This document shows positions 25,958 through 38,496 of a DNA stretch of 64,000 nt, in pieces. The notes under the pieces are model-generated. The model was given only the letters and a program-made list of their open reading frames with translations, did not search any database and was not told the DNA's origin. The stretch lies in NCBI GenBank assembly GCA_051294375.1, contig CM119269.1, positions 21,908,815 through 21,972,814 on the forward strand, read 5' to 3'. This stretch comes from Paraspadella gotoi (lineage: Eukaryota > Animalia > Chaetognatha). Positions within the stretch are counted from its first letter, which is position 1, and each line of letters begins with the position of its first letter. The translations under genes were made by a program, and so were the position numbers.

Positions 25958-26425
25958 CTTGGTTGGAGACAAAGATTGCTTGGCGGTGACAAAGATCGGT
26001 NNNNNNNNNNNNNNNNNNNNNNNNNNNNNNNNNNNNNNNNNNNNNNNNNNNNNNNNNNNNNNNNNNNNNNNNNNNNNNNNNNNNNNNNNNNNNNNNNNNN
26101 NNNNNNNNNNNNNNNNNNNNNNNNNNNNNNNNNNNNNNNNCAAAGATTGGTTGGAGACAAAGATTGCTTGGCCATGACAAAGATTGGTTGGAGACAAAGA
26201 TTGCTTGACGGTGACAAAGATTGGTCAGAGACAAAGATTGCTTTGCGGTGACAAAGATTGCTTGGCGGTGACAAAGATTTCTTGGCGGTGACAAAGATCG
26301 GTTGGAGACAAAGATTGCTTGGCGGTGACAAAGATCGGTTGGAGTTTTAAAAGATTGCTTGGCCGTGACAAAGAGAGGTTGGATTAAAATATTGATTAGT
26401 GGTGACAAAGATTGCTTGGCTGTGA
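25958..26425. repeat. 18-19 bp minisatellite (GACAAAGATTGCTTGGCGGT-like) spanning an N gap
   Basis: Alternating GGAGACAAAGATT and GGTGACAAAGAT units. Confidence 0.85.
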
Positions 26426-26852
26426 CGGTGGGAAGTGATGGTGAATGCTTACCTAAAATGATGCTAATTCATGTGAACATTGTAAAATAGAATCTCACGA
26501 GAGGAATTCTTAACAAAGAGTGGCCATATACCGAAGTAAGAAATACCAAACGATGTGATATTTAACTCAATTGAATGAATTTTACCATGGTGATTCACCA
26601 TGGTGAACCAAACTTGAGTGATTCTTACCAAAATCGATCTTATTTTCCAAGAAGTGATTATAAAATGGAACCCTGTCGAAATATATGTGACAATAAATCT
26701 AGCAATACCATTAAAAAATGCCAAATATCTGATAAAGAGATAAGAATAGATGAGAAGGAGATGGGAAGAGATGGGGAAGAGATAGAAGGAAAGATTAAAG
26801 AATGTGGGGAGGGGAGAGGAAAAGAGATAGACAAGAAGGAAGAGTAACGAGG

Positions 26853-26896
<44 letters not shown>

Positions 26897-27194
26897 TCCG
26901 CTGATTAGAGCGCGAATCAAGACAACAGAAATTCACTGATGAAGATTTTTGAATCAGAAAAGCGAATTGAGAAGTTTTGAATCTTTTCATCAAAACAAAA
27001 ATAAAAATGAAAAGAAGGACATTATAAATAATTTTGAGCGAGAAAAAACACGTCAAAAATGAGAAAAAAGGGGAAAAAAAGAAAAAAAGGGAAAAAAAAT
27101 GCTGCTAAAAAAAACCCACAAAAACCAAAACCAAAACGAAAATTTTTTTCCAGTTTTTTCCTGTTTACTTTTTTGTGGCACAAAGTGGACGACG

Positions 27195-27372
27195 AGTGAT
27201 GGATAGGCGATGGGGTTAGTGATGGATAGGCGATGGGTTTAGTGATGGATAGGCGATAGGGTTAGTGATGGATAGGCGATGGGGTTAGTGATGGATAGGC
27301 GATGGGGTTAGTGATGGATAGGCGATGGGGTTAGTGATTGATAGGCGATGGGGTTAGTGATGGATAGGCGAT
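27195..27372 (+). repeat. 23-bp minisatellite, ~7.7 copies (AGTGATGGATAGGCGATGGGGTT)
   Basis: Units start at 27195, 27218, 27241 ... 27356. Confidence 0.95.
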
Positions 27373-27391
27373 TAGACTATTAGACTATTAG

Positions 27392-27432
27392 ACGCTGATG
27401 AAGGCTTGGACACAAAGCCGAAACATGTCCGT
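27392..27432 (+). ncRNA. Minimal type I hammerhead ribozyme (Penelope-like element pLTR type)
   Basis: ACG-CTGATGA-A-GGCTT-ggacaca-AAGCC-GAA-ACATGT-C-CGT: intact core, 5-bp stem II, palindromic ACATGT stem III, GUC site at 27427-27429, 3-bp stem I; AATAAA follows. Confidence 0.8.
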
Positions 27433-27540
27433 ATTTGAATAAATAAAAATTCGTTGCACAATTCAAAAACTTTGATTTTCTCTTAACTCATGAACAACGA
27501 AAAAGAGAGGATTTTCACATCATGTTTTAGTCTTAATAAA

Positions 27541-27860
27541 CCAGATGGCTGTACAAAAAAGGAACATTTTTATAAACAAAATAGCAATAATTAATATTTA
27601 AGTAGAGAACAGAACAGAAAAAAGGGCTAAGCCCTGGCCCCCCTTAGCTTAGCCCTTTTTTTTATATTTTTAACAAGTATTTTTTCTTATTCTATTTTAT
27701 TTTATTCTATTTCTTATGTTTTGATAAAAGCATTTTAATCATATATCATACTTTGAAACAAAAATAATATTGTTTTGATTTATAAAATGAAATTAGTGCC
27801 ACAGTAACAGTTCAGTTTGAGCCCTTGAAAGTGATTTACATGTATTGGCGCAGCCACTGG
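27541..27860. mobile_element. Possible MITE
   Basis: Imperfect TIRs CCAGATGGCTGTAC / GCGCAGCCACTGG and internal hairpin AAAGGGCTAAGC..GCTTAGCCCTTT; the right end resembles 2641-2660. Confidence 0.3.
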
Positions 27861-28271
27861 TTTTTTATGTAATTACATAAATAACTAATATAAACTAATT
27901 CGGTTAAAAGACTCAGCTCAAACAAAAAAAGATCAGCAATGCCGAAGGGAACTGGCTAATCCGAATTAGTTCAGCGGGAAAACTTTTTAAGAAGATTATG
28001 TCTTCATTTCTTTTTGACAAAGATGTTACGAAAATATGAGTCAAGAAACTAAGTAACACTCTCTCTACTCTGCTGGCTGCTCTGCTCTCTCGTCTCGTCT
28101 CTCCTCTTCTCTTCCCGTCTTCGCCTCTGCTCTCTCCGCTCTGCTCTCTCTCGTCTTCTATCATTATATAGTATAAAGTTGAAGGAGTTGCGTATACACA
28201 AGAGTTTCCCCAGAATGAATGCCATACAAATTTACTTTGGAGCGACTGTTGAAGATGGAAGAGGAGAGAGA

Positions 28272-28299
<28 letters not shown>

Positions 28300-28322
<23 letters not shown>

Positions 28323-31300
28323 AGACGAAGGGACAGAGATAAAATAAGACCAAGGGACGAAGAGCAAAAGATTTTGAGAAAAGGAAATCTTTTTTTAAGA
28401 GAGAGAAGGTACTGTCGGACTACTTTTTAAAAATTAGTACTATGCATTTGCTAAACTTGTACAGATACTAGAAAATAAAACATTTACTAGACACTTTTTG
28501 TTAAGCACAATGAAACTCAGTGACTCACAGTGACTCAGTGACTCCACAATAACTCTCAGTGACTCACAGTGACTCATGACTCAGTGACTCACAGTGACAG
28601 CGACTTTTCAAGAACGAATTCAATAAAGAAAAACTAACATCGTTACTTTGTTGACAATGGTTTATGTTTGAAAAGTTTAAGTCAACGATTTTTTTTGACA
28701 TCTCGTTTGTCGACTGGAATCAGTAATGCGCTGACTCCTGACAATGGACACTGGCGAGTGAGGATGACAGTGACCACGTTGACACATGACTTGAGATGAC
28801 AAATGGACACTGACTCTGACTGAGGATGACACTGACACTGACAACTGATGCTTGCATTGACACTGACTCTATGATGATGCACATGACACTGATAGCTGAA
28901 ATTGACTACTGGACTCTGAAACTGAGGAGACACGATGCAATGACACTGATGCTGACATTGACACCTTCGCAATCGTCGACCAAATTATCTTCGATCTTCG
29001 CGTTTCCTCGGGCCACACAAGCCTCCTTGAGCAGAAATGGTCATTGGGGTAGATGGCAAGATCGATGAATGGCAGATGGGCAAATCGATGGCAAATGGCA
29101 GGATGGCAATGGCAGATGAGAATCGCTTAACGACAGGGTTAGGGAAGAATAAGGCCAGGAATTTGGCTAAAAGGATTAGGATTCGGGATTAGGTAATTGG
29201 TATAGGGATTGGTATTGGCCCTAATTGGGGATTAGGTATTAAGGGTTTAGTTATTGGGGATAGGTATTGGGGATTGGTGATTAGGTTCGTTATTGGGGAT
29301 TAGGTGAGGTTTGTTCCGCCTTATTATGTCAAACAATTAGAATCCATAATCATAGACGACAGAGAGTGATGACGAGCGACGATTCGAGAGAGAAAGAGTA
29401 CAGAGAGTGAGAGAGAGGAGACGACTGAGACAGATGAGAGAGAGAATGACGATATGACGTGAGTGAGTTAGAGAGAGTGAGAGAAGTGAGAGAGAGAGAG
29501 AGAGAACAGAGAGAGGAGATGAGAGAGAGAGAGAGAGAGAGAACACCAATATTCAGATATTCTTAAACTTATATATATAACATTTAAGTAAGTAGACATA
29601 TATAATTTTCACGTCGAGATAGAGTACAGATAGAAAGAGAAAGAGAGAAAGATAATTTAAAATTTTAATAAAACAAAAACAAAAAGGGTGACAGAAAAAC
29701 GACTTAGTTAACACAAAAGCAAACCAAAGCTCTTATTTTACCAAAGTCCCCATTTCCTTTTAAAATAAGATTTTTAAATTATTTTTCCGGTTTTTAATTT
29801 TAGGTTAGAGTTTAGAGTTTAAGATTTGGTTAAGGATTAACGTTCGGAATCAAGTTATTGATTATAGTTTAGGATTAAGATGCGAGACAAGGGATTAAGG
29901 TTAAATAAAGGGGATTTTGGTTGGGGATTAGAGTAAAATATTAGGCTAGGGTTAGGGATTATGGTTAGAGATTACATTATGGATTCGGGTAATAAAAAGG
30001 TTAAAATTAAGTTTACAGATCAAGTAACAGAAGTTGGGCGCTTTCGGAAAAGAGAGTCATTTTGGTGCAAGTAACTCCCCACCCACAGTTGGGCAACTAA
30101 CCCTCCCAACGCGCTTTGGTTCCCATGGCGACCAATAAATGCTGACGTCGGTTCCGCCATCTTTGTTTTTTCGTCATCCTTCGCCTCCTCACAAAAGATT
30201 TTTCAGTCGAAGGAGAAACGAGATACGATGAAACGATTTTATTGGTCTGTCTGTCTGTCTGTCTGTCTGTCCATCCCTACATATTTTGTTTAAAAAATAG
30301 CTAGTTATTATTTTTTTTTAAATTTTATCATTTAAATATATTTTTCGTGGTAAAGAGGAAGAGGGGGGAAAAAAAGAACAACAGGTGGAAAATTGGTTTA
30401 TCAAAACGACGATTCACAAATATTTCACCGCATTAACTTTTTTTCACGTGATCACATTTTTAATTGGCTATGCAACTATATAAGTATGAAAAATATGCGC
30501 AAAGGAAATTTATAGAAAAAGTATTAAACGCATTTGTTTAATTATTTACTTGTTAGTATTTGCAAGTATTTGTAATATAATAAATAAAGATTATAATATA
30601 GGACGACGCGACTTATAGAAAGCGTCTTTGTTTCTCTCCATTTTTGGGACACAAAAATCCTGATCACGTTTAACTCTTTTTTTTTTCAGGGTTGTGGAGT
30701 TAAAGGGAAATGATTTGGGGTTCCGCGTTTGTGTAAGTGAGTCTGTGTGTATATTTTTTTCCTCTTGTTTACTTTTTTCCTTTTCTTTTTTTTTCCTTCC
30801 TTTTTTTTGACTTTTTTTTCTTCTTTCCTTTCCACCCCCCCCTCCATGTTTTGCTAGAGCGATACTCGTTTTCTCTTTTTCTCATCGATTTTTTATTATT
30901 CCCCATTTCATGTTTTTGAAGGAAATAAAGACTTTATGAAAGGGAAAAAGTTGGATTGTGACCACAAGAAAGACCTCAGAGACCGGGGCGTTATAAAGAC
31001 CCGGATGGGCGACTCGGTCAAGCTTGGCTTTTTGTTTTGTCTGTCCTGATGTTTATTAAACTAAATTTAGAATAATGGCCTTACGTTAACGTTTTAAACT
31101 TTTTAGGCTAAAAGTAAACTTTTTTTTATAATTAATACCAAAACAGTATTGACAAAATCAGAAACAGTAACAGTGTAAAAGTAAAGATTAATTAATATAC
31201 ATTTATAATATTTTGATATATACATTATCTTAATAACAAAAATCTTAAAAGTATAAGGATCTCGCCAAGGTATAGTATCAAAGAAAATTAATGAAAAAGT

Positions 31301-31367
31301 ACTATAATCTAATTCGCATATTGCAGTAAATCATAATGAAGTGGAAATTCGACGCCGACGACGACGC

Positions 31368-31409
<42 letters not shown>

Positions 31410-33447
31410 CGACGACGACGACGACGACGACGACGACACAAAGAAGCGTCCCCTTCGCATTATCTCGCCAAGATTCCTTGGCGAGATAAAAATTCATTAC
31501 ACATTTATGAATCCTAAACGAAAATACATATATTTTTTTCTCCTCATTATTCGAATTCATTAAACATGTAGATTGTAGAACTATATAAAATGTATATGAA
31601 ATTGGCACAACCAATATAAAAATTATCCATTCATTTAACAAACGAGCTATCTTGCCCCTGACTTTGGACAGGCTTTGATGGTTTAAGGCCCTCGTCACTA
31701 TATTATACATACATACAAACTTCTTTCCTTAGTTTTCCTCTTCTCTAACCGAGTTTCGATGCTTAATTCAGTTTAGTCCAAAAAGCTTTCGCTCGTCTCT
31801 CTCTCTAGTTGTGGCTTTAGATTCACTACGGGAAAAGACTAATCGAATAAAGACGCTCTAGGATATTCGGCACTACGGTAAGAGAGAGAGAGAGAGAGAA
31901 ACTGCCCCTTCTCTCTGTTTGGGTGGAGCGGTTTTTATCATTTAAACTGTCGAACCTGCTGCACCTATTTTGGGAATTCCTATCAGAAGGAATTTGTCGG
32001 TTTAAAAGGGAAAAAAAAGTTATTCCCCTTTTTGGCACTATTTTCCGGGAGTGCCCCATTTATGTTTAATTTTAACCGAATACCTGATCCCTAATACCTA
32101 ATCCCAAATACCTAATCCCCAATACCTAATCCCTAATCCCTAATACCTAATACCTAATCCCCAGTACCTAATCCCAATACCTAATAATCCCTAACACCTA
32201 ATCCCCCAACCTACGCCTACAACCCTAACTAACCTAATCCCTAATACCTAATCCCCAATACCTAATCCTAATACCTAATCCCTAATACCTAATCCCCAAT
32301 ACCTTATCCCTAATACATAATCCCTAATACCTAATCCCTAATACCTAATACCTAATCCCCAATACCTAATCTCTAATACCTAATCCTTAACCCCCAATAC
32401 CTAATCCCAAATTCCTAATCACTAAAACCTAATCCCTAATCCCTAATCCCTAATCCCTAATACCTAATCCCTTATACCTAATCCCCAATAACTAAACCCT
32501 AATACCTAATCCCCAATAACGAAACCCTAATACCTAATCCCCAATACCTAATCCCCAATAACTAAACCCTAATACCTAATCCCCAATAGGGCCAATACCT
32601 AATCCCTAATACCTAATACCTAATCCGAATCCTTAATCCTTTAGCCAAATCCTGGCCTTATCTCCCTAACCTGTCGTTAAGCGATTCTCAATCTGCCATC
32701 TGCCATCTGCCATTTGCCATCGATTTGCCATCTGCCATTTGCCATCGATCTGCCATCTACCCCAATGACCCATTTCTCTCAAGGAGGCGTGGCCCGAGGA
32801 AACGCGAAGATCCGAAGATAATTTGGTCGACGATTGGCGAAGGTGTCAATGTCAGCATCAGTGTCATTGATCGTGTCATCCTCAGTCAGAGTCAGTGTCA
32901 ATTATCAGCATCAGTGTCATTGTCATCATCAGTAAGAGTCAGTGTCAATGCAAGCATCAGTGTCAGTGTCAGTGTCATCCTCAGTCAGAGTCAGTGTCAT
33001 TGTCATCCTCAGTCAGTGTCAGTGTCACTGTCATCCTCATCGGCAGTGTCATTGTCAGAGTCAGCATTACTGTCAGTGACAAACGAGATGTCAAAAAAAT
33101 CGTTGACTGAAACTTTCAACATAAAATTGTCACAAAGTAACGATGTTAGTTTTCTTTATGAATTCGTCTTGAAAGTCGCTGTCACTGTGAGTCACTGAGT
33201 CACTGAGTCACTGTGAGTCACTGAGAGTTATTGTGAGTCACTGAGTCACTGTGAGTCACTGAGTCATTGTGCTTACAAAAAGTGTCTAGTAAATGTTTTT
33301 ATTTTAGTATCTTTACAAGTTAGAGCAAAATACATAGTACTAATTTTTAAAAAGTAGTCGAAGTATTCTCTTCTCTTAAAAAAAGATTTCCTTTTTCTCA
33401 AAATCTTTGCTCTTCTGTCCCTTGGTTATTCTTATCTCTGTCCCTTC

Positions 33448-33500
<53 letters not shown>
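28300..33500. repeat. ~1 kb inverted duplication (arms ~28300-29310 and ~32470-33500)
   Basis: 28321-28400 is the reverse complement of 33370-33450; 29130-29200 is the reverse complement of 32610-32680; the left arm is indel-rich. Confidence 0.85.
32085..32630. repeat. Degenerate CCTAAT(AC/CC) minisatellite
   Basis: Repeated cctaatac / cctaatcc units. Confidence 0.9.
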
Positions 33501-33507
<7 letters not shown>

Positions 33508-33872
33508 AAACCCTTTTCCTTCTCCTCCTTTTATCTAAAGTCAAGAAGACTCAGGACTAAAGACACTGAAGAGACTGTGGACTGGAGGGTCTAAAATCTC
33601 TTGACTGAAGAGACCAAGAACCTTGGAGGCTGAAGACTGAGGAAACTTAGGACTAAAGACTCATTAGTTACGGACTGAGGAGGCTGAGGAGACTAAGGAA
33701 TTAGGATTGAGGACTGAGGACTGAGTGACTGAGGACTGAGTGAGGAGACCTTGAGACCTTGAGACCTTGAGACCTTGAGTCTCGCGAACTGAAGAGATAT
33801 CCTTTCGAGTATTCGCATTTTGGGTTTTTTAATCTCGCGTCAACTCTCACCGGAGCACCTGACGCGATGTCT

Positions 33873-34482
<610 letters not shown>

Positions 34483-34829
34483 GTTTAAGGAAGGAAATAA
34501 GCGCAGGAAAGAGGACGGAGGAAAGATGTGAAAACATAATGAAGGGAATAAAAAAGAGAGACATTGTCAAAAGGACTACTAGAGTGCTCAAAGGAATATT
34601 TATATATATGCGATTTTATTCGAATACAACGAGGTTGATTCAGTACAATCATCATCAACAAACAAACAAACAAAGACAGACTAAGTCTAAGCAAAAAACA
34701 GAAAATAGAGAGAAAAAAAACAGTTAATTAAATAAAATTAATTAATTAAATTTAAACAATTAAAAATTGTTCTTATGTTGTAAAAAATGGAACAAGTTTC
34801 TGAAGAACAGTATTTTTCATTGTATATAT

Positions 34830-35340
34830 CTTTGAGATAAAGGTTTCTTACGATTATTAAAAATTGTAGATAGGTCGTGGTATCCAAACATACTCCTAAG
34901 TTCTCTCACACTTTCCATCGATTATATCCAAAAATCTTTCGTACACCATCATTTACAGCAACATTAAGTCTATTCATATTACGTACAGAAAAAGTTTTTA
35001 CTTCACAACCATAAAGGAGAACCGGAACACAGTTAGTATAATACAATTTCATCAATAATTCCTCTGAAGGTTTTAACAAGGCATTTATCAAACAGTTACT
35101 TGATCTAAAAAAAGATACCAATTCTTTGCTTGGCTCAAACAAGCTGTCTCTTTCACTACTAAGGTTGAACCCTAGATATGTCCATTTATCAACTAGATCG
35201 ATACAGTTACCATCGAGAAAAAGTATATCATTTGGAATTGTAGTTTGCCACTTCCAAAATACATGACTTTCGTTTTTTTGAAACTAAATGTAAAACAAAA
35301 ATCCTTTGCATATTTTGCACAAATGTCAATTAAGAATACT
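34830..35340 (-). mobile_element. 5'-truncated non-LTR retrotransposon ORF2 fragment (CR1/L2-group-like)
   Basis: Minus-strand translation gives LIDICAKYAKDFCFTFSFKKTKVMYFG..VDKWTYLGFNL..LYYTNCVPVLLYGCEV..NDGVRKIFGYNRW, typical of RT C-terminus/thumb and downstream region; frameshifted. Confidence 0.8.
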
Positions 35341-36051
35341 TTCAATGGACAAAAAATTTATAATTTGGCTCTCTACCCTAGTAATTAATTTTTTAATATT
35401 TATTTATAGATAAGAAAGGCCAAATTTTTTTTCAATTTTAAGACCAGATTCAGATAGCTCATAAAAAGTTGTTTAACAAAGTATAATTCTTTTTTTAATA
35501 TTTTTATGATAAGTGTGTCAAAAATAAGAAAAACAGTAAAAAATCATCATCAGTTTTATTATATTTTTACTTAGAAAACGTAGGAGTATTTAAAAGCTGT
35601 AATAATATTTCTCTATGCTCTATCAGAATCCATTTAAAATTTTTAAGATTTCAAAAAAAAATATTTTCGTTCTATATAGTAATATAATATTTTTAATTAG
35701 GCTAGTACCCTAAGAAGAAAGCATTTTTGATAAAAATATTTTAATACCCTAATCTATTATTATGATAGATTATTTTAAATTTCATCGGCTATGGCTACTC
35801 ACAGTATCGTTTATTCACTTCCAATCAATGAAGAGGTATAATGTTTCAAAGAATGTTTTAATTGTATGAAAAGACCAATCCCTTAAGTATATTAAGCTAC
35901 TAGAAACTTAATGAATTTAATGAAGATTGATTCAGATTTATCCAGAATTTCTTCTCTGTAAATTTTCACCTAAAATTGCTATTGAGAAAAAAGAGAAAAT
36001 AGCCCATTGTCGCCGGAGCTGCGAACTCAAAAAATTACATTCATGTTCAAT

Positions 36052-36886
36052 TTCCAGTCTCTCTGGAGGCGTGGGTTCGAATCCCACCACTGCCACCACA
36101 TTTAAGTAAGTAGACAGGGATTTCAATCTCTTCGGAGGCTTGGGTTCGAATCCCACAACTGCCACCACATTTAAGTAAGTAGACAGGGATTTCAATCTCT
36201 TCGGAGGCGTGGGTTCGAATCCCACCACTGCCACCACATTTAAGTAGGAAGACAGGGATTTCAATCTCTTCGGTGGCGTGGGTTCGAATCCCACCACTGC
36301 CACCACATTTAAGTAAGTAGACAGGGATTTCAATCTCTTCGGAGGCGTGGGTTCGAATCCCACCACTGCCACCACATTTAAGTAAGTAGACAGGGATTTC
36401 AATCTCTTCGGAGGCGTGGGTTCGAATCCCACCACTGCCACCACATTTAAGTAGGAAGACAGGGATTTCAATCTCTTCGGTGGCGTGGGTTCGAATCCCA
36501 CCACTGCCACCACATTTAAGTAAGTAGACAGGGATTTCAATCTCTTCGGAGGCGTGGGTTCGAATCCCACCACTGCCACCACATTTAAGTAGGAAGACCG
36601 GGATTTCAATCTCTTTGGAGGCTTGGGTTCGAATCTCACCACTGCCACCACATTTAAGTAAGTAGACAGGGATTTCAATCTCTTCGGAGGCGTGGGTTCG
36701 AATCCCACAACTGCCACCACATTTAAGTAGGAAGACAGGGATTTCAATCTCTTCGGTGGCGTGGGTTCGAATCCCACCACTGCCACCACATTTAAGTAAG
36801 TAGACAGGGATTTCAATCTCTTCGGAGGCGTGGGTTCGAATCCCACCACTGCCACCACATTTAAGTAGGAAGACAGGGATTTCAAT
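36052..36886 (+). repeat. 12 x 69-bp tandem array of tRNA-Leu 3' halves (+CCA) with a 23-nt linker
   Basis: Each unit carries TCTCTTCGGAGGCGTGGGTTCGAATCCCACCACTGCCA-CCA, matching the variable arm, T arm and 3' acceptor strand of eukaryotic tRNA-Leu(NAG); no 5' half present; units start at 36052, 36121, 36190 ... 36811. Confidence 0.92.
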
Positions 36887-38496
36887 TTCCATTTCGGTGA
36901 TTTCTTCCCGAGTCTTCGATCCGATTCTATTCGGTTCTATTCGATTCCATCTTTTGAGTTTCTAGATCTACACTTGTTCAAACACTTTTAGTTAAAAATT
37001 GTAAATTATTTTTCATCATCTTAGACAGGTCATTGTTAAATCTACTCCCCAAAAAAAGGAAGCTTAAGCCAAAAATTATTACTGCTCAAAAACTTCGAAA
37101 AGAATTCCGTCCGAAAAAAATATCATCATCCATGGGATCTTCTATGGGTCAGAAACGCCCCCTCCATCCGCCCCCCTCTCGTGAGCCCCTCTCCTCACCT
37201 CTTTCCCCCCTTCCATTTCACGAATCCCTGGGAGTTAACCACTAATGCTTCGCCCCGTCGGCCCGATCAAGAGGCGACCGGACTCCCGGCTTTTTTTCAA
37301 AATCCTCAGCATAAAAAAATGGATAGCGATTGGCCAATGGGAGATTCAGTCGATTGTCCCACGTTGGACTTTAAATTGTCTCGAGATCAGACTGTCCATA
37401 TCTATTGAGAGACTCCTTGTGGATTGTCTACGGCTTGAGTCCCTGTTACCCAATACCCGATCCCCATTTCCCTATCCCCATTGCCCAATTGCACAATGCC
37501 CAATTGCATTTGCACAATGCTCAATGTACTACTGCATTGGCAACCACACGGCCATGGCTAAAATTTAGGACTATCGTCATGAGCGGAATTTCCCACAGTG
37601 TGACTCCCTGTTGCCCACAGTCTAATTACCTAAAGCCCACACTCAGTCTGACTCCCTATCGCCCACAGTATAACACATTGCCCTTCGAACAACCATTTAA
37701 CTCCCACGACTCAAAAATCAACACTCCCGCCCCCAGGACATCAAAAGAGGACATTGACCCCTGGTGGTGACAGAAGTCGACCCCTTTTGTCCAACTCAAA
37801 TATCCAAAAACGGCAAAAAGAGAGAGAAATCAGTTGAGATGAAGAGATCCGTTGTTTAATGTTTAATGTTTTATTGTTTAATGTTTAATGTTTTTGTCAG
37901 TTGGAGAGAGGAAGTTAGGTAAGGATCGGAAGTTGGAATTAATGAGACAGAGTTGAGACAGAGAGGTAGAGAGGTAAGGTCAGGAGTGTAGCGAATAGAT
38001 AGGTGAAAGTAAGTTACCCTAAGTGTCGGAGGATAGTTAAGATAAGTTCGGCGGTGAGAGAGGAATGCTAGGGTGAGAGAAAGGCAAGTATGTCATCCTT
38101 CAGAATCGCTTCCCCCGGGGCGGTGTTGGGGGCGGCCCGCGGGGTGGCTCCGCGGGGCGGCCCCGAGGGGCAGGCAAAACCTTACCGCCTAGGGGCGGCC
38201 CCCTGTAGCCTCTTTTTTTGGAGCCCCAAGGGGCCACTCCAGGGGGAATCCCCAGGGGCTAGAAAAACCTTGCCCCCTGGGGCTACCCCAGGGGGTTGGA
38301 TTTTCCTGCCCCCTGGAACGGCTCTCTCTCCCTCCTCTCTCTCTCCCTCTACTCTCTCTTTCTCTCTCCCTCTCTCTCTCTCTCTTTCTCTATCTATTTT
38401 CTATTTTCATCTTTCATTACAATAAAATATAAAAATAAAAATAATATTTTTCACTTCAATTAATCAATCAATGAACCAATAGCTGCACCAATACCA

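Noticed and set aside
26464-26724. 86-aa minus-strand ORF near a GTAAGC donor
   Set aside because: All frames hit stops before the donor; no recognisable motif.
26936-26970. Other CTGANGA hits (26936, 42367, 54153, 55249) as hammerheads
   Set aside because: No correctly placed stem II + GAAA + NUH.
32085-32630. Telomere or interstitial telomere (also 44205-44400)
   Set aside because: Highly degenerate CCTAAT-based units in an internal position, common elsewhere in the window; no pure TTAGG/TTAGGG run.
36052-36886. CRISPR array, functional tRNA cluster, or the 315/281-aa proteins
   Set aside because: Linkers are near-identical (two variants) and no cas genes are present; units lack the tRNA 5' half and anticodon; the ORFs arise from a stop-free 69-bp (3n) period.
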